A stretch of 64,000 nucleotides of DNA, from positions 62,001 through 126,000 of the forward strand of contig NIVC01000542.1 in the NCBI GenBank assembly GCA_002269645.1, given 5' to 3'. Position numbers and translations under genes: made by a program. Each line of letters opens with the position of its first letter. Within the stretch, counting starts at the first letter, position 1. The notes under the pieces are model-generated. The model did no database searches, was not told the origin of the DNA, and saw nothing but the letters and a program-made list of their open reading frames with translations. Shown here in pieces: positions 37,301-49,668 of this stretch. Source of the stretch: Macrostomum lignano. Taxonomy: Eukaryota.

Positions 37301-39622
37301 GAGAGGTGGATAGAGAGGTGGATAGAGGCGGATAGAGAGGCGGATAGAGAGGTGGATAGAGGCGGATAGAAAGGCGGATAGAGAGGCGGATAGAGAGGCG
37401 GATAGAGAGGCGGATAGAGAGGCGGATCGAGAGGCGGATCGAGAGGCGGATAGAGAGGCGGATAGAGAGGCGGGTAGAGAGGTGGATAGAGAGGCGGATA
37501 GAGAGGTGGATAGAGAGGTGGACAGAGGTGGACAGAGAGGTGGATAGAGAGGCGGACAGAGATGCGGATAGAGAGGCGGGCAGAGAGGTGGATAGAGAGG
37601 CGGATAGAGAGGCGGGCAGAGAGGTGGATAGAGAGGTGGACAGAGAGGTGGATAGAGAGGCGGACAGAGAGGCGGGCAGAGAGGTGGATAGAGAGGCGGA
37701 CAGAGAGGCGGGCAGAGAGGTGGATAGAGAGGTGGATAGAGAGGCGGACAGAGAGGCGGGCAGAGAGGTGGATAGAGAGGTGGATAGAGGCGGATAGAGA
37801 GGCGGACAGAGAGGCGGGCAGAGAGGTGGATAGAGAGGTGGATAGAGGCGGATAGAGAGGCGGATAGAGAGGCGGGCAGAGAGGCGGACACGCAGATGCA
37901 GAGCGAGTGGGTACGCAGATGCAGAGTGAGTGGGTACGCAGATGTAGAGTGAGTTGGTACGCAGATGCAGAGTGAGTTGGTACGCAGATGCAGAGTGAGT
38001 GGGTACGCAGATGTAGAGTGAGTTGGTACGCAGATGTAGAGTGAGTGGGTACGCAGATGTAGAGTGAGTTGGTACGCAGATGCAGAGTGAGTTGGTACGC
38101 AGATGCAGAGTGAGTTGGTACGCAGATGTAGAGTGAGTGGGTACGCAGATGTAGAGTGAGTTGGTACGCAGATGCAGAGTGAGTTGGTACGCAGATGTAG
38201 AGTGAGTGGGTACGCAGATGTAGAGTGAGTTGGTACGCAGATGTAGAGTGAGTGGGTACGCAGATGTAGAGTGAGTGGGTACGCAGATGTAGAGTGAGTG
38301 GGTACGCAGATGTAGAGTGAGTTGGTACGCAGATGTAGAGTGAGTTGGTACGCAGATGCAGAGTGAGTGGGTACGCAGATGTAGAGTGAGTGGGTACGCA
38401 GATGTAGAGTGAGTGGGTACGCAGATGTAGAGTGAGTTGGTACGCAGATGTAGAGTGAGTGGGTACGCAGATGTAGAGTGAGTGGGTACGCAGATGTAGA
38501 GTGAGTGGGTACGCAGATGTAGAGTGAGTTGGTACGCAGATGTAGAGTGAGTGGGTACGCAGATGCAGAGTGAGTGGGTACGCAGATGTAGAGTGAGTTG
38601 GTACGCAGATGTAGAGTGAGTGGGTACGCAGATGCAGAGTGAGTGGGTACGCAGATGTAGAGTGAGTTGGTACGCAGATGTAGAGTGAGTGGGTACGCAG
38701 ATGTAGAGTGAGTGGGTACGCAGATGTAGAGTGAGTGGGTACGCAGATGTAGAGTGAGTTGGTACGCAGATGTAGAGTGAGTGGGTACGCAGATGCAGAG
38801 TGAGTGGGTACGCAGATGTAGAGTGAGTTGGTACGCAGATGCAGAGTGAGTGGGTACTCAGGCACTCGTACTCAGAAGTCCTCGGAGTAGGCAGAATTGC
38901 CTCACTGCTGGATGCAGGGCGCGCCGAAGGCGTTGTGTCGGGGTACCCGCAGCCCTCCTGCGAATATCTGTTTTATATTCAAGAGTGAGTGGCAGTGAGA
39001 AGGATTTAGTGAGTCATCCGTGAGTCGCACCTCAAAACGCCTCAGACATCTACAAGCGCATGCTGTCTGACAAGCGGTTCGGTCTCAGCTTCAACCTGAT
39101 CGCGACCAAGGTTCTGCCCCATCTGATCCCCTACACGGTGAACCCCAATCTGCGCCGGGACGATTTTCGCGTCGCCATGGAGACGCTGAACGAAATGTGG
39201 AACCGCCTGGAATCGGGCCGGTCCGCCCAGATGCGCCTGGAGGACGCCGAGGGCGCCGATTCCACGGACGAATTCAGGTGAGACTCGACGTGCAAATGCG
39301 TTGGCTCTACTAACAGTAGCCTAACGAGCCAAGACAACATTTTCTGTTTCTATGCGAGAAGAGAAGCATTGGAAACCCGCCCCGCCCGCCTCCGGCAGCA
39401 ACCTGATCCGGCCGCCGCTCATCACGATGCAGAAGCCCAGTTTCGACGCGGACGCGGCCTGCCTTCACTCGTCAGCGTCGGCTGCCGACCTGCCAGTTCA
39501 GCAGCAGCAGCAGCAGCAGCGGCGCCGGAGCTCCTCGGGCCTGCAGCAGCAGCTGCAGCAGCAGCGGGCGGAGGCGGCCAGCGGCAAACTTGGCGAGGCC
39601 AAGAGTGTCCGGTCCAACCCGG
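22330..39622 (+). CDS. SCYL2: SCY1-like protein 2 (SCYL2/CVAK104 family) pseudokinase + HEAT repeats, core exons
   Basis: Phase-consistent exons: 22330-22516, 26905-27065, 27139-27238, 29477-29518, 29591-29731, 30383-30598, 30706-30822, 32578-32709, 33875-34054, 36067-36189, 36496-36609, 37003-37135, 39046-39277, 39399-39622 (the last acceptor is less certain). Motifs [69 protein letters not shown] (HGN instead of HRD), [25 protein letters not shown]. Confidence 0.85.
22529..22825. repeat. 16-bp minisatellite (tggtcctgcgtccctc)
   Basis: Starts 12 nt after the donor at 22517. Confidence 0.92.
23590..24040. repeat. 63-64-bp minisatellite (gtggaagggtgccagactcgattttcttagaaacaac...)
   Basis: About 7 copies. 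Confidence 0.88.
24690..26230. repeat. 14-bp minisatellite (gaatctcccctccc)
   Basis: About 110 copies over 1.5 kb. Confidence 0.95.
27261..27712. repeat. 47-bp minisatellite (aaattcagctgcgatgtacattgaatagtggggtgtctgagggatag)
   Basis: About 9.5 identical copies starting about 20 nt after the donor at 27239. Confidence 0.95.
28440..29385. repeat. 23-24-bp minisatellite (cactctgacatgggatctgtctc) with higher-order blocks
   Basis: About 40 copies. Confidence 0.92.
29752..30354. repeat. Two abutting minisatellites: 22-bp (tgatgcagcttcccatacccag) then 21-bp (tttgtcactaccgattcccag)
   Basis: The switch occurs at about 30040 through a shared CCCAGT. Confidence 0.93.
30835..31950. repeat. 20-bp pyrimidine-rich minisatellite (ctcactctttccttccgccc)
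   Basis: About 55 copies starting about 12 nt after the donor at 30823. Confidence 0.93.
32720..33265. repeat. 18-bp minisatellite (ttggatccctgactaccc)
   Basis: About 30 copies starting 10 nt after the donor at 32710. Confidence 0.93.
34165..34750. repeat. 60-bp minisatellite (atccagttcaggcctgaccatagtgcgggagctcacacaatgtacactattttcctttct)
   Basis: About 10 copies. Confidence 0.93.
35158..35297. mobile_element. MITE-like element with about 39-bp inverted arms
   Basis: ttcataagaccgaaatttcacaacgccgaaaactactgc (35158-35196) is the reverse complement, with about 4 differences, of gcagtagtttgttggcgctgtgaaatttcggtcttgtgaa (35258-35297). The spacer is 61 bp and non-coding. Confidence 0.6.
36650..36925. 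repeat. 15-16-bp minisatellite (ccccact(ac/cca)acagca)
   Basis: Lies in the intron after the exon ending at 36609. Confidence 0.88.
37245..38860. repeat. Two abutting minisatellites: 12-bp (gagaggcggata) then 23-bp (cgcagatgtagagtgagtgggta)
   Basis: The switch occurs at about 37890. Confidence 0.93.
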
Positions 39623-39764
39623 GTGAGATTTGCTCAAAGTGTCCGGCTGCATTGGGGTGCTCAAATCCTCTGCAGGATTAAGTAGGAGACTGTTCCAGAA
39701 GTCTCAGAAGTGCCAGAATGCAAGTTCGAAAAGCCAAAACTCAGCAAAAAATTTTCGGATTGCT

Positions 39765-40190
<426 letters not shown>

Positions 40191-42754
40191 ATGTCTTTAA
40201 AGTTCTCTTTTTAAGCTGCTCACTCACAAACTTTCTTTTTTATTCTTTCCTATTTGCAACATCTGAAAAAGAATATTTGTTTTACTTGCTTGTTTATTTT
40301 ATGCTTGCTGGCAATTTTCCTCATTATCGTTTTCGTTAGAGCAGAATTTCCTCGCAAATTAGACGATAGTTTTTATAATTTAATATTTTTTCTATTTTGT
40401 ACTACCAATCCACGCAATGCTACTGTTAGTAAGGCTCCGAATCTCGGGGAAGTTCATTTTATATTTCTCCAAGCGCCCATTCATGCAGCCAGCCTCTTAA
40501 AAGCACTCAGAAGCAGTTTTTATTGCATGGGTCTTTCTTTCGCCTTTCAGCTCTTTTGTGAAGCTTCTGCCACTGCCTACGCATTCCCTCCCGGGCCCAT
40601 TGTTGTCAGGCAATTATTGCTGCTTCATGAAACTTTCAGAAAGAAGAAGCTGCAAGACGGAGCCGCAAAAGAGGAGCAGCCAGCGGATCTCCGTCTTGAT
40701 TTGCTTTCAAGCTTTTTTATCTTTTAGCCTCCCGTTGTTTCGTTAGGAAGAGAAGTTTTTGAAAAAAGACAATCCAGCCGTTTTCATTTGTCTTTTCCTC
40801 GGTTGCTATGGTTACTGTCCGGGATTGAATTTTCTAGTCAGCATCCGCTGGCCTCAGCTGAGAAAACTTTTGAGTCTTCTCAAAGGGTGCCGCTCTCCCG
40901 ACCCACCCCACCGGCCGGGTCCTCAGCTGCGGAGCGGCCTCCCCCAGCCTGCAGTTTCCGAGCTCATCTAAGGAGATTCAGGGCTAGGAGGCTGGAGTGC
41001 CGGCTCTTCCCGGCTTTTTGATCTCAGCTTCAAGCTGTGGACAAAACCTTAAAAGACTCCTGAGCGCTCGTACAAGCGCGCGAATGCTGACTCAGGCGCG
41101 CACTGGTACACACAGCTCACCCAGGATGTACATCGGCCCTGACTGTCTAATCGGCAGTCATGTAATTAGCAATTCGTAATTTATTAAATTTTTCATAAAA
41201 TTTATGAACAACATGTATACTCGTAAAAAGCACTGTGCCTTAGGACGAGCTGGCACTGCAGAGGCCGGTTCCAGATCCCTCTGGCTCAGCCCGCTGACCT
41301 GATTGTAAAACAGGGGAGAAAGCAGCGTTGGGGATGAGGAGAAGAAGGGGAAAGGCCGGCCAATCTCATCAATGGGAGCCTCTGGGCTCATCTCTCTGAT
41401 ATTCATCGGTGTGGGTAATTCAATTTGCAAACCTGGCAGCATTTCATTGGCAAAGTCTTTTATGACCCATCGGGGCTGAAGGCTGGGGAAGTGCAGCACA
41501 GTGAGAGCCGCGCCGACAGTCTGCAGGAGTCAAGACTTTCATTTGACAGAAGCTGTTCCCCGCTGCTCGGTGAATTCCGAGCCGGCAAGCCCGGGCCCCG
41601 CCTCACCGCCTGTCCACCTGCAGCCGCTCGCATCGACCGCACGGAACTGAAAATTGATCCGATGTAAAAAAAATTGGCCGCACTAACAGAGAGAGGCGGA
41701 GATCGAGACGCGGCTGCCCGGCTCGGATTAAAAAGTCATTTCGAATGCAATTTCTTCTCGCCTTCTTGGAAGCAGAGCGGCGGCATTCCCGGCGGGATGG
41801 CGTGAGGAACTGCTCAGCTGGGGAGAATTGCTTGCCTGCCTGCCATCCACAGGGGGATTTCTGGTCCGCTGGCCCACTCGGCAGCAGCACTCAAGTCCAG
41901 ACCTGCAGTAATCCCCTCTCCATCCCTCAGCCGGAGCGACTCTGAGCACACCTTGCTCGGTGCGGGCGGCTGCGGGGACCAGCGGGACTCCGCATCCTCG
42001 CGCGGGCCAATTCGAGATGAAATCTCACACCCACGGCCTGCAGCTTTGGGGATTTTAGTGGCACAGCTCCCCCCCCCCCTAACACCTGCCTCCGGACTCG
42101 CTCAGTCCTTCAGAATCCCCCAATTTCCTGAAACACAGCGCCAGTGCAGCTCAGGGTCGGCGATCCTCTTAAGCCTCCTGGCTGAGTGGCGAGTTGAACT
42201 CAGATTTGGTGGGCAGAATTATGACGGCCAGGTCCTGCAGAGCCTGGCCTGCATTTACTGGCAGCTGGCTGGCAGAGCCTGGAGTGACAGCTTCATCATT
42301 TCAGTGCGCCATTGGGGGGATCCGTTCAATGACGCCAAAAGTCCTTAAGGCTGCGAATCCGGCTTCGGAACCTGCCAAGGTGGTAAAGAAAGATTTCTGA
42401 TTGACCGATTCAGGTTGCAATGCATTTTCTAAGGGTTTACTGAAGTATAATCAGCTTTTACTGAGGTGCGTTTTTTATTAGAGGCAGGGGGTTGTGTGCA
42501 CCCTGGCGCACTTTAAGCGACATGGGCACACAACCGGCGAGAGGCATTACTGTCCATTCCGCCGACTCCCCTGATCAGGCATACAAGCGCGCGGATACGT
42601 ACGCAGGCACACACTCACATAGGAGTGTACAGGAGCCCTAACTTTATATTATCGTTAGGCATGTACACTTTACTGCGCCTTGGGGGGTTGGCTCTCAAGG
42701 CCGTTAATTGCACGAGCAGAGCCAAGCCGAGATTCCAATTCAGCCCCAAATTAA

Positions 42755-42826
42755 TGTGACTGCACTTGGAATCGAGCCTGGGTCGCTGGCACACCAGAGC
42801 AGCTGCGCTACCGCTGGGCTACGGCC
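42755..42826 (-). mobile_element. tRNA-derived SINE-like head or tRNA pseudogene fragment
   Basis: On the minus strand, A-box TAGCCCAGCGG and B-box-like GGCTCGATTCC lie at tRNA-like spacing. No complete cloverleaf was verified. Confidence 0.45.
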
Positions 42827-44002
42827 CCCCTCACTGAGGTGCGTACTGCATTCCAACCAGGCGTTGCTGTGGTGTGCTGATGTTTGTGCTAGAATTTAAT
42901 GAGGTCTACTAGGGTGTACACTGAGGTGTACTGACGTGAGTACTAAGACTAAATTAGGCCTAAAAGTCAGTACAATGAGGTCTACTGATTTGTGGTCAGG
43001 TGTACAAAGGTGTGTAATAAGATTTGCTGAGGCCTAATAGGGTGTACAATGAGCTGTACTGAGGCACACTCAGGCTTCAGCAACCCGATGAGCTGAGTAG
43101 GCAATGCATTGGTTGAACAGGAGAAGCTCAACCCATGGCTTTTGTTGTGCCGCCTCGGCCAAGAGGAAATTCTCGCAGACACAAAGCTTGATTGCGTGAT
43201 GAAGGAGCTGCCATCACGGAGATGCTGATGGGGCTGCTCCAGAAATTTTCCTCAACACCCTCCTATCAACAGTTGGAAGCTGAGAAGGCAGATCCACAAG
43301 GATCCACACTGGTCCATATTTTCCCAATTAAATTACACCTTTCTGAGCTCCAGTGGGAATCTGGAAGCGCGTTGGTTCCCCTCTCTGAGCTTCATCAACT
43401 CTTGCGATTGGCGCGCTGTCATCCGCAAGTCAGGCGCCCCATCGCCCGAGGGGCTGCGCCCGGTACTCCAGACTGCCTGCTCAGCTCTCCAGCTGGCGTC
43501 TCCCAGTCAGCCTCATTATTCAGCTGCATCACTCATTCCCTCTCCGCTTCATCTCAAAAAGATCTCTTTTCTCTGACAGGCCATTGTCTCTCGCAATTCC
43601 TCAGCCGCTGTCTCAGCCTACCTGGCCGGGAGACTGCAGACTTTTTAGATGGAGCAGGCCTCACCTCCCACTCCGCAGCTGGGAGCCCCTCAGCCTGCAC
43701 CTCAAAACTGCTTGACATCGTTCCCAATCGTTCCCACACACGTGGGAGGGACGCGCAGCTCTGAGAGGCAGCGCATGCTGGCTGGCTTTCCGTTTCCCCC
43801 CTCAGTTCCTTCCTGCCTGCCTCCCTGCCGACTTGCGCGAGTTATCAGGCTGAGGATCTATCCAGCTTCCCGACGTTTGTCTTCTTTTTAGCCGCATCCG
43901 CCAGGCTCGAATTTTCACACTTTTTATGTCTTACGGCGTTTCCCAAATCCCGGCTTCCGGCTGTGGCCAGCGCCCGGCCGGAACATTGCCCATCGTCCTG
44001 GC

Positions 44003-44016
44003 GTAACCATGGCAAC
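44003..44016. promoter_or_regulatory. RFX X-box GTAACCATGGCAAC
   Basis: Canonical 14-nt X-box with the AT spacer. Confidence 0.4.
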
Positions 44017-44782
44017 GCGTATAAAATGATTGTCAGCTTCGTAAGCAGACAGGAGCTTCACAATCGGGAAACATGAGAATTTAAAGCTCTCAAATCCTCG
44101 CAAAGTCCCACGGTTCATTGCTTGCTTATGCATCCCCTCAGCCTCGCTCACCTTTCCCGTGTTTATGCCAGTTCTCTTCCCACCCCCACCCCATTGCGCT
44201 GCGTCACCAGCCTCATCTCCTGAGTTGGGAGCGGCTGAATTATTCACCACCGGCTCGATATGCCGGCGCATCTTCGGAATGCCGGCAGAAACTGAGCAAA
44301 GCGAAGCGGCGGAATTCAGAGGGGAAAATCTGCCCAAAACCTGCTGTCCCTGCAGACCATGGGGCAAGTGGAGAATCTGGGGGGTGCAGGGGCTTAAGGG
44401 AGCCTCTCTGCTTTTCTCAATTCAGCTCCATCAAATTTGCCAAATTAATTTGAGGCTGGACGGGCCTGGCAGTCCTGGGATTTACCGACGCAGATTTCAA
44501 CTGTCTGACAAACACTGAAATTCTGAGCCGCAGTGGCTACAGCTGGAATAAGCGATTAACCACGGCTTCTGTTTGAGCCACCTCCCCCAGCCTCCTCCAC
44601 AGCTCCATCAGCTCACGGCTGCCCCGCTGCGCAGCTCATCCAAGCGATGGAGATGGAACTGTGGCCGGCTCAGCCCGACTCTTTCAATGGGAAAATTTAA
44701 AAAATATTTTGTTTAAATAGAGAACGGGCCCAGTGACATTTTACGACCTCAAATACTCCGTTGGCTGCGTTGGCTGGGCCGC

Positions 44783-45085
<303 letters not shown>

Positions 45086-45488
45086 TCCATGATCCCATTT
45101 ACCCCAGTCATTCCAGCCGTAGCCTAAATGGTAAACAAAGCAAACAATAAAATAAACATTCTAAAAAAGCCGCAGTAAGGGCATAAACTGCCCCCCATCC
45201 ACCCGTCTCGGCCATAAATCCGGAGCTGCCCAGAGCCCGAATTTCTCCCGCCCGCAGCCGCGCGCGGGATTTTCGGCCGCAGCGTCCGCCGTGATGAATT
45301 GCCCGCCCGCCGGCCTCCCGGGGCTTAAGAAATGTTTCCGCCTCCGCCTACAGGCAATCCGTTCCAAAAGTTTCAACTTTTTTATTGAGATTTTACTGGT
45401 TCAACTTGAAGCTCATTTTTCTAGCCAGTGAGCTGATTTTATCCGCGCCTCAAAACTCGCCGCCCCTCGCAAAATCGACGCCGCGCAG

Positions 45489-45799
45489 ACCTCACGGGCC
45501 GCATGGAGGCCATCGCCAAGCTGCTGGACTCTTCGGGCTCGAACTCAGCGCGCCTGTCCCGCGCCCTCAACCGCTACTGCAGCGGCACGGCAGCCGTTCG
45601 CCGCCTCAGCTCGCAGCTGGCGGCCGCCTCCTCCGCTGCCGGGCAGTCGGGGGGGCCGGAGGCTGCCTCGGTGCCCCGTCGTCGCAGTCAGGGCACGGCG
45701 GGGATGCGGACTGCCGCCTGGGAGCATCTCGGAGGAGGAGGTCGGGGAGAGGGGCAGATCGGGTGGCTCGATTGGCATAAGCGCGCATTTCAATCATAG
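45489..45799 (+). CDS. Probable downstream exon of the SCYL2-like gene (DLTGRMEAIAKLLDSSGSNSARLSRALNRY...)
   Basis: CAG acceptor at 45487-45488 in phase 1, matching the donor at 39623. About 55 codons have strongly GC3-biased usage. It either ends at TAG 45799 or splices at a weak phase-1 donor (45687 or 45741). Confidence 0.55.
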
Positions 45800-47068
45800 A
45801 TTCATAGCGCTGCAGGTGGCAACTTGGCCTTGAAAGGAAGCGCACTACTAGCACAATACAGTACAAGGGGAATGCTGAGAGGATGATATATTTATACGCG
45901 CTGCTGACATGCCGAACATCTCGATAGATGTCGGTAACACTGCCGGCTTGTACGCGCTTATGCCAATGCGCGCTCACTCAGAGGATTTTCCCGCTGTGCT
46001 CCCCAGCTGATCCCAGCTGTAACCAACCTGTAGGCTGACCTAGCAAACACTGAATGTCAATCCAATGTGTTTTGTGGCGTACTTTATTCAGTGTGTTGAT
46101 AGTATCCGTGCAAGCGACCTGCTACCCACGCCTTCATCCCGCATGCTCAAAGCCCATCTCGAGTCTGGTTATGATTCATGCGTCTGGCAGCACGGGCCGG
46201 GCATTGTGCGTAAATCAAATTCCTTGCCCGTGGGGATCCCCACGGGGATTCTGGAGGCACCGAACTACTCGCGCCGCCAAAAAAGAATCTGGTGGATTAT
46301 TCTTCCGAATCTGTAATCCGCAGGTTAATCCGGCTGCTGCTCGAGAGGGCCGAGCTGGCGGGCCCGAAAATTTACCGCGTAGTCTTGCTCAATTTGGCCT
46401 CTTATCTGTCCGATTGTATCCATTGTGAGCCGTCCGCCGCAGTGCCTTTTGGCCCCGGGGCCTCGGCCTCGATCCGTCAGACTTAATCTGCTCCGACCCG
46501 CAGCTGTAATTGGCGACATGCCGATTCGAACTTCGCCCCACCCGCCTGCCCCGGAGTGAGCTGGCTCGGATTCCGGGCGACCCCGGGAATTAAGCTGTTC
46601 GCCTCCCTGCAATTTTGCGGACTGATTGAGCAATTTGTGCTCGGACCAGCAGAGCGGGGGCAATTAGGAAGATTTAACTGCCGGATAAACGGAGCGCCGG
46701 GACTTCGAAGTCTCAAGGCAAATAAAAAGCTAGACATCGGCTAAATTGTTATGCATGCGCAAACTTGAGTGATCAGCTCTCTGTGCGTGTAATTTTCCTG
46801 CAATTTTGCTCGCATACTGGAGAGGGGCAATCTCAGCAAGGACTTGGAGCCAGCGGTTTTCCAGATTGTGCTTAGAAACAAGCTGAAGTAATTGGAGAGT
46901 AAGAATATTTAGATTTCAACATTGAAAGCGATGTTCGAAAATATATCAGATAGTTAGTGTTAGTATGGACAGTCGGGCTTTGACGCGCTGCAGGTCCGCG
47001 CAACTGAGGTGACGGTCGCTGCTTTTGCTGGGTTCATTAGGACCCCGCTCAGGATTTGGCTGCTGGCC

Positions 47069-47533
47069 TTACTCAGAGTCCCGCTTCCAGTCGTACTGAC
47101 CCGGCGCGGCGAACCTCTTCTTCCAGTCGTATTGCCCTGGCGCGGCGAACCTCTTCCAGTCGTACTGACCCGGGGCGGCGAACCTCTTCTTCCAGTCGTA
47201 CTGACCCGGGGCGGCGAACCTCTTCTTCCAGTCGTACTGACCCGGGGCAGCGAACCTCTTCTTCCAGTCGTACTGACCCGGGGCAGCGAACCTCTTCTTC
47301 CAGTCGTACTGACCCGGGGCGGCGAACCTCTTCTTCCAGTCGTACTGACCCGGGGCAGCGAACCTCTTCTTCCAGTCGTACTGACCCGGGGCAGCGAACC
47401 TCTTCTTCCAGTCGTACTGACCCGGGGCAGCGAACCTCTTGTGCTCGACCTCCTCCGTCTTGGCCTTGCTTCCGTCGGCGACAGAGAGCAGCAGCGCCAT
47501 GGTGGCCACGGCCGTAGCGAGAGTCAAATGCAT
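47069..47533 (-). CDS. Neuropeptide/peptide-hormone precursor: signal peptide + 10 x FAAPGQYDW flanked by KR/KKR
   Basis: 154-aa ORF. Hydrophobic N-terminus MHLTLATAVATMALLLSVADG with an A-x-G cleavage site, acidic spacer, and ten identical nonapeptides separated by dibasic sites. Differences between units are synonymous, apart from in-frame loss of one Lys codon in two spacers. Confidence 0.85.
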   Translation of the reverse strand: MHLTLATAVATMALLLSVADGSKAKTEEVEHKRFAAPGQYDWKKRFAAPGQYDWKKRFAAPGQYDWKKRFAAPGQYDWKKRFAAPGQYDWKKRFAAPGQYDWKKRFAAPGQYDWKKRFAAPGQYDWKRFAAPGQYDWKKRFAAPGQYDWKRDSE

Positions 47534-48351
47534 TGCGGGCGATTCAGGTTCTCAGCAGTGCTCAATGTTTCTCAACGCAGTCGCAGGGGGATTTTGCCTG
47601 TTCTTGAGTTCGCTCGTATCGCTCCAGCAGCTCGTGCGCAGTTGAAAGTGAAAAAAGTGGCGCCTTAGAGGGGCTGTCAAGCCGTCTTAATAGCGGAGAG
47701 TCGGGGCCCAGAGCGCGGAGATCTTGGAGGGAGCAGTGCCCCCAGATCCCCAACCCGTCTCATGGGATATCCATCCCCACCACCCAGCCTCCCTGCCCAC
47801 CCAGCAGCCAATGACGCGGCGGAGAAGAAGGGAAAAGGAGTTTGCACTCGTGGACTGAAGCGCAACTTCATTGGCCTCATTGAATTCAGAGGCTGCTTTA
47901 GACGCATTCCAAATTTGGAGATTGCTTTTCAGGAAACTGCGCTGGCGCGGGCGGTCGCGTGGCTGCAAGCAGCATGGACTTTGTGGAGGGCCAATATTTT
48001 TTCTACCGGAAACAGAATCCGAGCTAGATGCTGGCGCCTTCGGCACTGCTCATACATGTAGCTGTGGGCACCCCGATGAGCTCGCCAAAAGCGTGCTCGA
48101 GGCGACACATTAGTTTATAGACCTTGAGGCACAAAATCTGTGTCAACCATAAGTAAAGCACCGTGCCTTTGCCAAAACAATATGTGTGCGCAGACTCACT
48201 GTAGTGAATTTTCAACCTGTTGTATTCCTCAATATTCTTTCAATCTCATTCGTGAATCCGGAATTCTAGCGTGACCTTAGTAACCTTTAGTTACTAAGCA
48301 ACACCAATCTTATTGTCAAACCACAGCCAATTCACTTTGATCTGATTTCAG

Positions 48352-48563
48352 GACCTGACCATCACCAAAAACAACAGCAACAGCAGCAACCGCAGCAGCA
48401 GAACCAGCAGCAGCAGCACCTGAGGTCATTTGCTGGATTCGTCAGCGGAGGTGGCATTGGGAGCGGCAGGATGTGCAAAACGGGCAGCAGTCCGACTTTC
48501 AACCTGCGCACAGCACCCAGGAAAGGCTCCGCCACCGACATCTACGGCGCCGGAGGCGGGACG
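48352..48563 (+). CDS. Probable internal exon (poly-Q, RKGSATDIY), likely SCYL2-like C-terminal tail
   Basis: TTTCAG acceptor and GTGAGT donor. Open only as phase 1 in / phase 0 out among the frames checked. Encodes PDHHQKQQQQ...FNLRTAPRKGSATDIYGAGGGT. Confidence 0.55.
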
Positions 48564-49494
48564 GTGAGTTCTGACTTGTTGGGAGGGGCTGGGCAACACT
48601 GCGGGCACATACCCTGCGCACCCTTGCGGCCGGGCTCAGCTGGCTGATTGCCGCTGCTGACCCAGCTTCCGGGACGAGCCCATCATCAACTCAACTCGGC
48701 CGCTTGTCTCCGCTCAAACCCCCTTAGAGGCGAAGATTAACTCAGCATTTTGCTTAACAATTTTTTTTGCTTTTTCTTGAAATCTAAAATAAGTTGCTTT
48801 GTTGGCGTGTCCTCAAACTGGGCGCGGCCTGCCAGTTCAACACGCCTTCCTGTCTAAACGGGTGCGCACATGGATTCGAGACAGCCGTCGTAGATCTCTC
48901 CACTCCGAGATCAGACCCCCGGCAGTTGATCGCCTCCGGTAATTGGCAAAAAACCGGTAAAAACTTTAGCACTGAAAATTTCAGCCAGGAGCAATAAAAT
49001 TTATTTGCTTTTTGTTTCTAGGGTGTGTAAACACATCCAAGTTCCGTGACGTGTGCATGAGTAATTTTTGCTTCCTTGCCGAAATGCTGGGCAGTCTTAA
49101 TTGAAACTTACATCTGTGCGACTCAGTGGATGCAAAACTAAACGGGGGGGGGGTTGAAACCCGCTTTAATTATACCTGCAAATTCACATGTCTTCTCCAG
49201 GAAAATGATCTCAATCCTGAGTTGCTCATACAGATGCAGGGTAGAGCAGGGTAGACAAGATCGTGGAGCTGGTGAGGTAGGCAAGATTGTAGAGCTAGTG
49301 GGGTACGCAAAAAAGAGGGTGGAGTTAGTCGAGGGGGTTAAGGAAGAGATGAGTGAGTCTCTCAAAGACGACGCGGACGCGCATGTCACGTGACGGGTTT
49401 ATACTGGCTGCGTCATTCACAATCCACGCCAAACGAGTTCTGAACGGCTGGAAAAACTTCCCATTAGCTGAGCCCGTCAGACAGCCAGCCGCAG

Positions 49495-49668
49495 CTCCTG
49501 GTTGCACCGGCCGCCTCCGAGTCGCTCCTGCGCGCCGCCCTGATGCGCTCCGGTCAGGCGCGTCAAGTCCAACGAGTCAGCAGGCGCAGCGCCTCCTGCG
49601 CCATTTCCATGGCCGAGTCGGAGCTGCTGCAGCCGCCAACGCGGCCAAAGCACTCTCTATCAGTGCCG
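49495..49668 (+). CDS. Probable internal exon (LLVAPAASESLLRAALMRSG...KHSLSVP)
   Basis: CAG acceptor in phase 0, matching the donor at 48564. GC-rich codons. GTAATG donor in phase 0. Confidence 0.5.

Noticed and set aside
40254-40727. Hydrophobic 157-aa ORF as a membrane protein
   Set aside because: It has a non-ATG start and AT-rich codons unlike the real exons; the hydrophobicity reflects T-richness.
41853-41911. Extra SCYL2-like exon (GGFLVRWPTRQQHSSPDLQ)
   Set aside because: The acceptor is good and in phase 1, but there is no convincing donor. Left unannotated.
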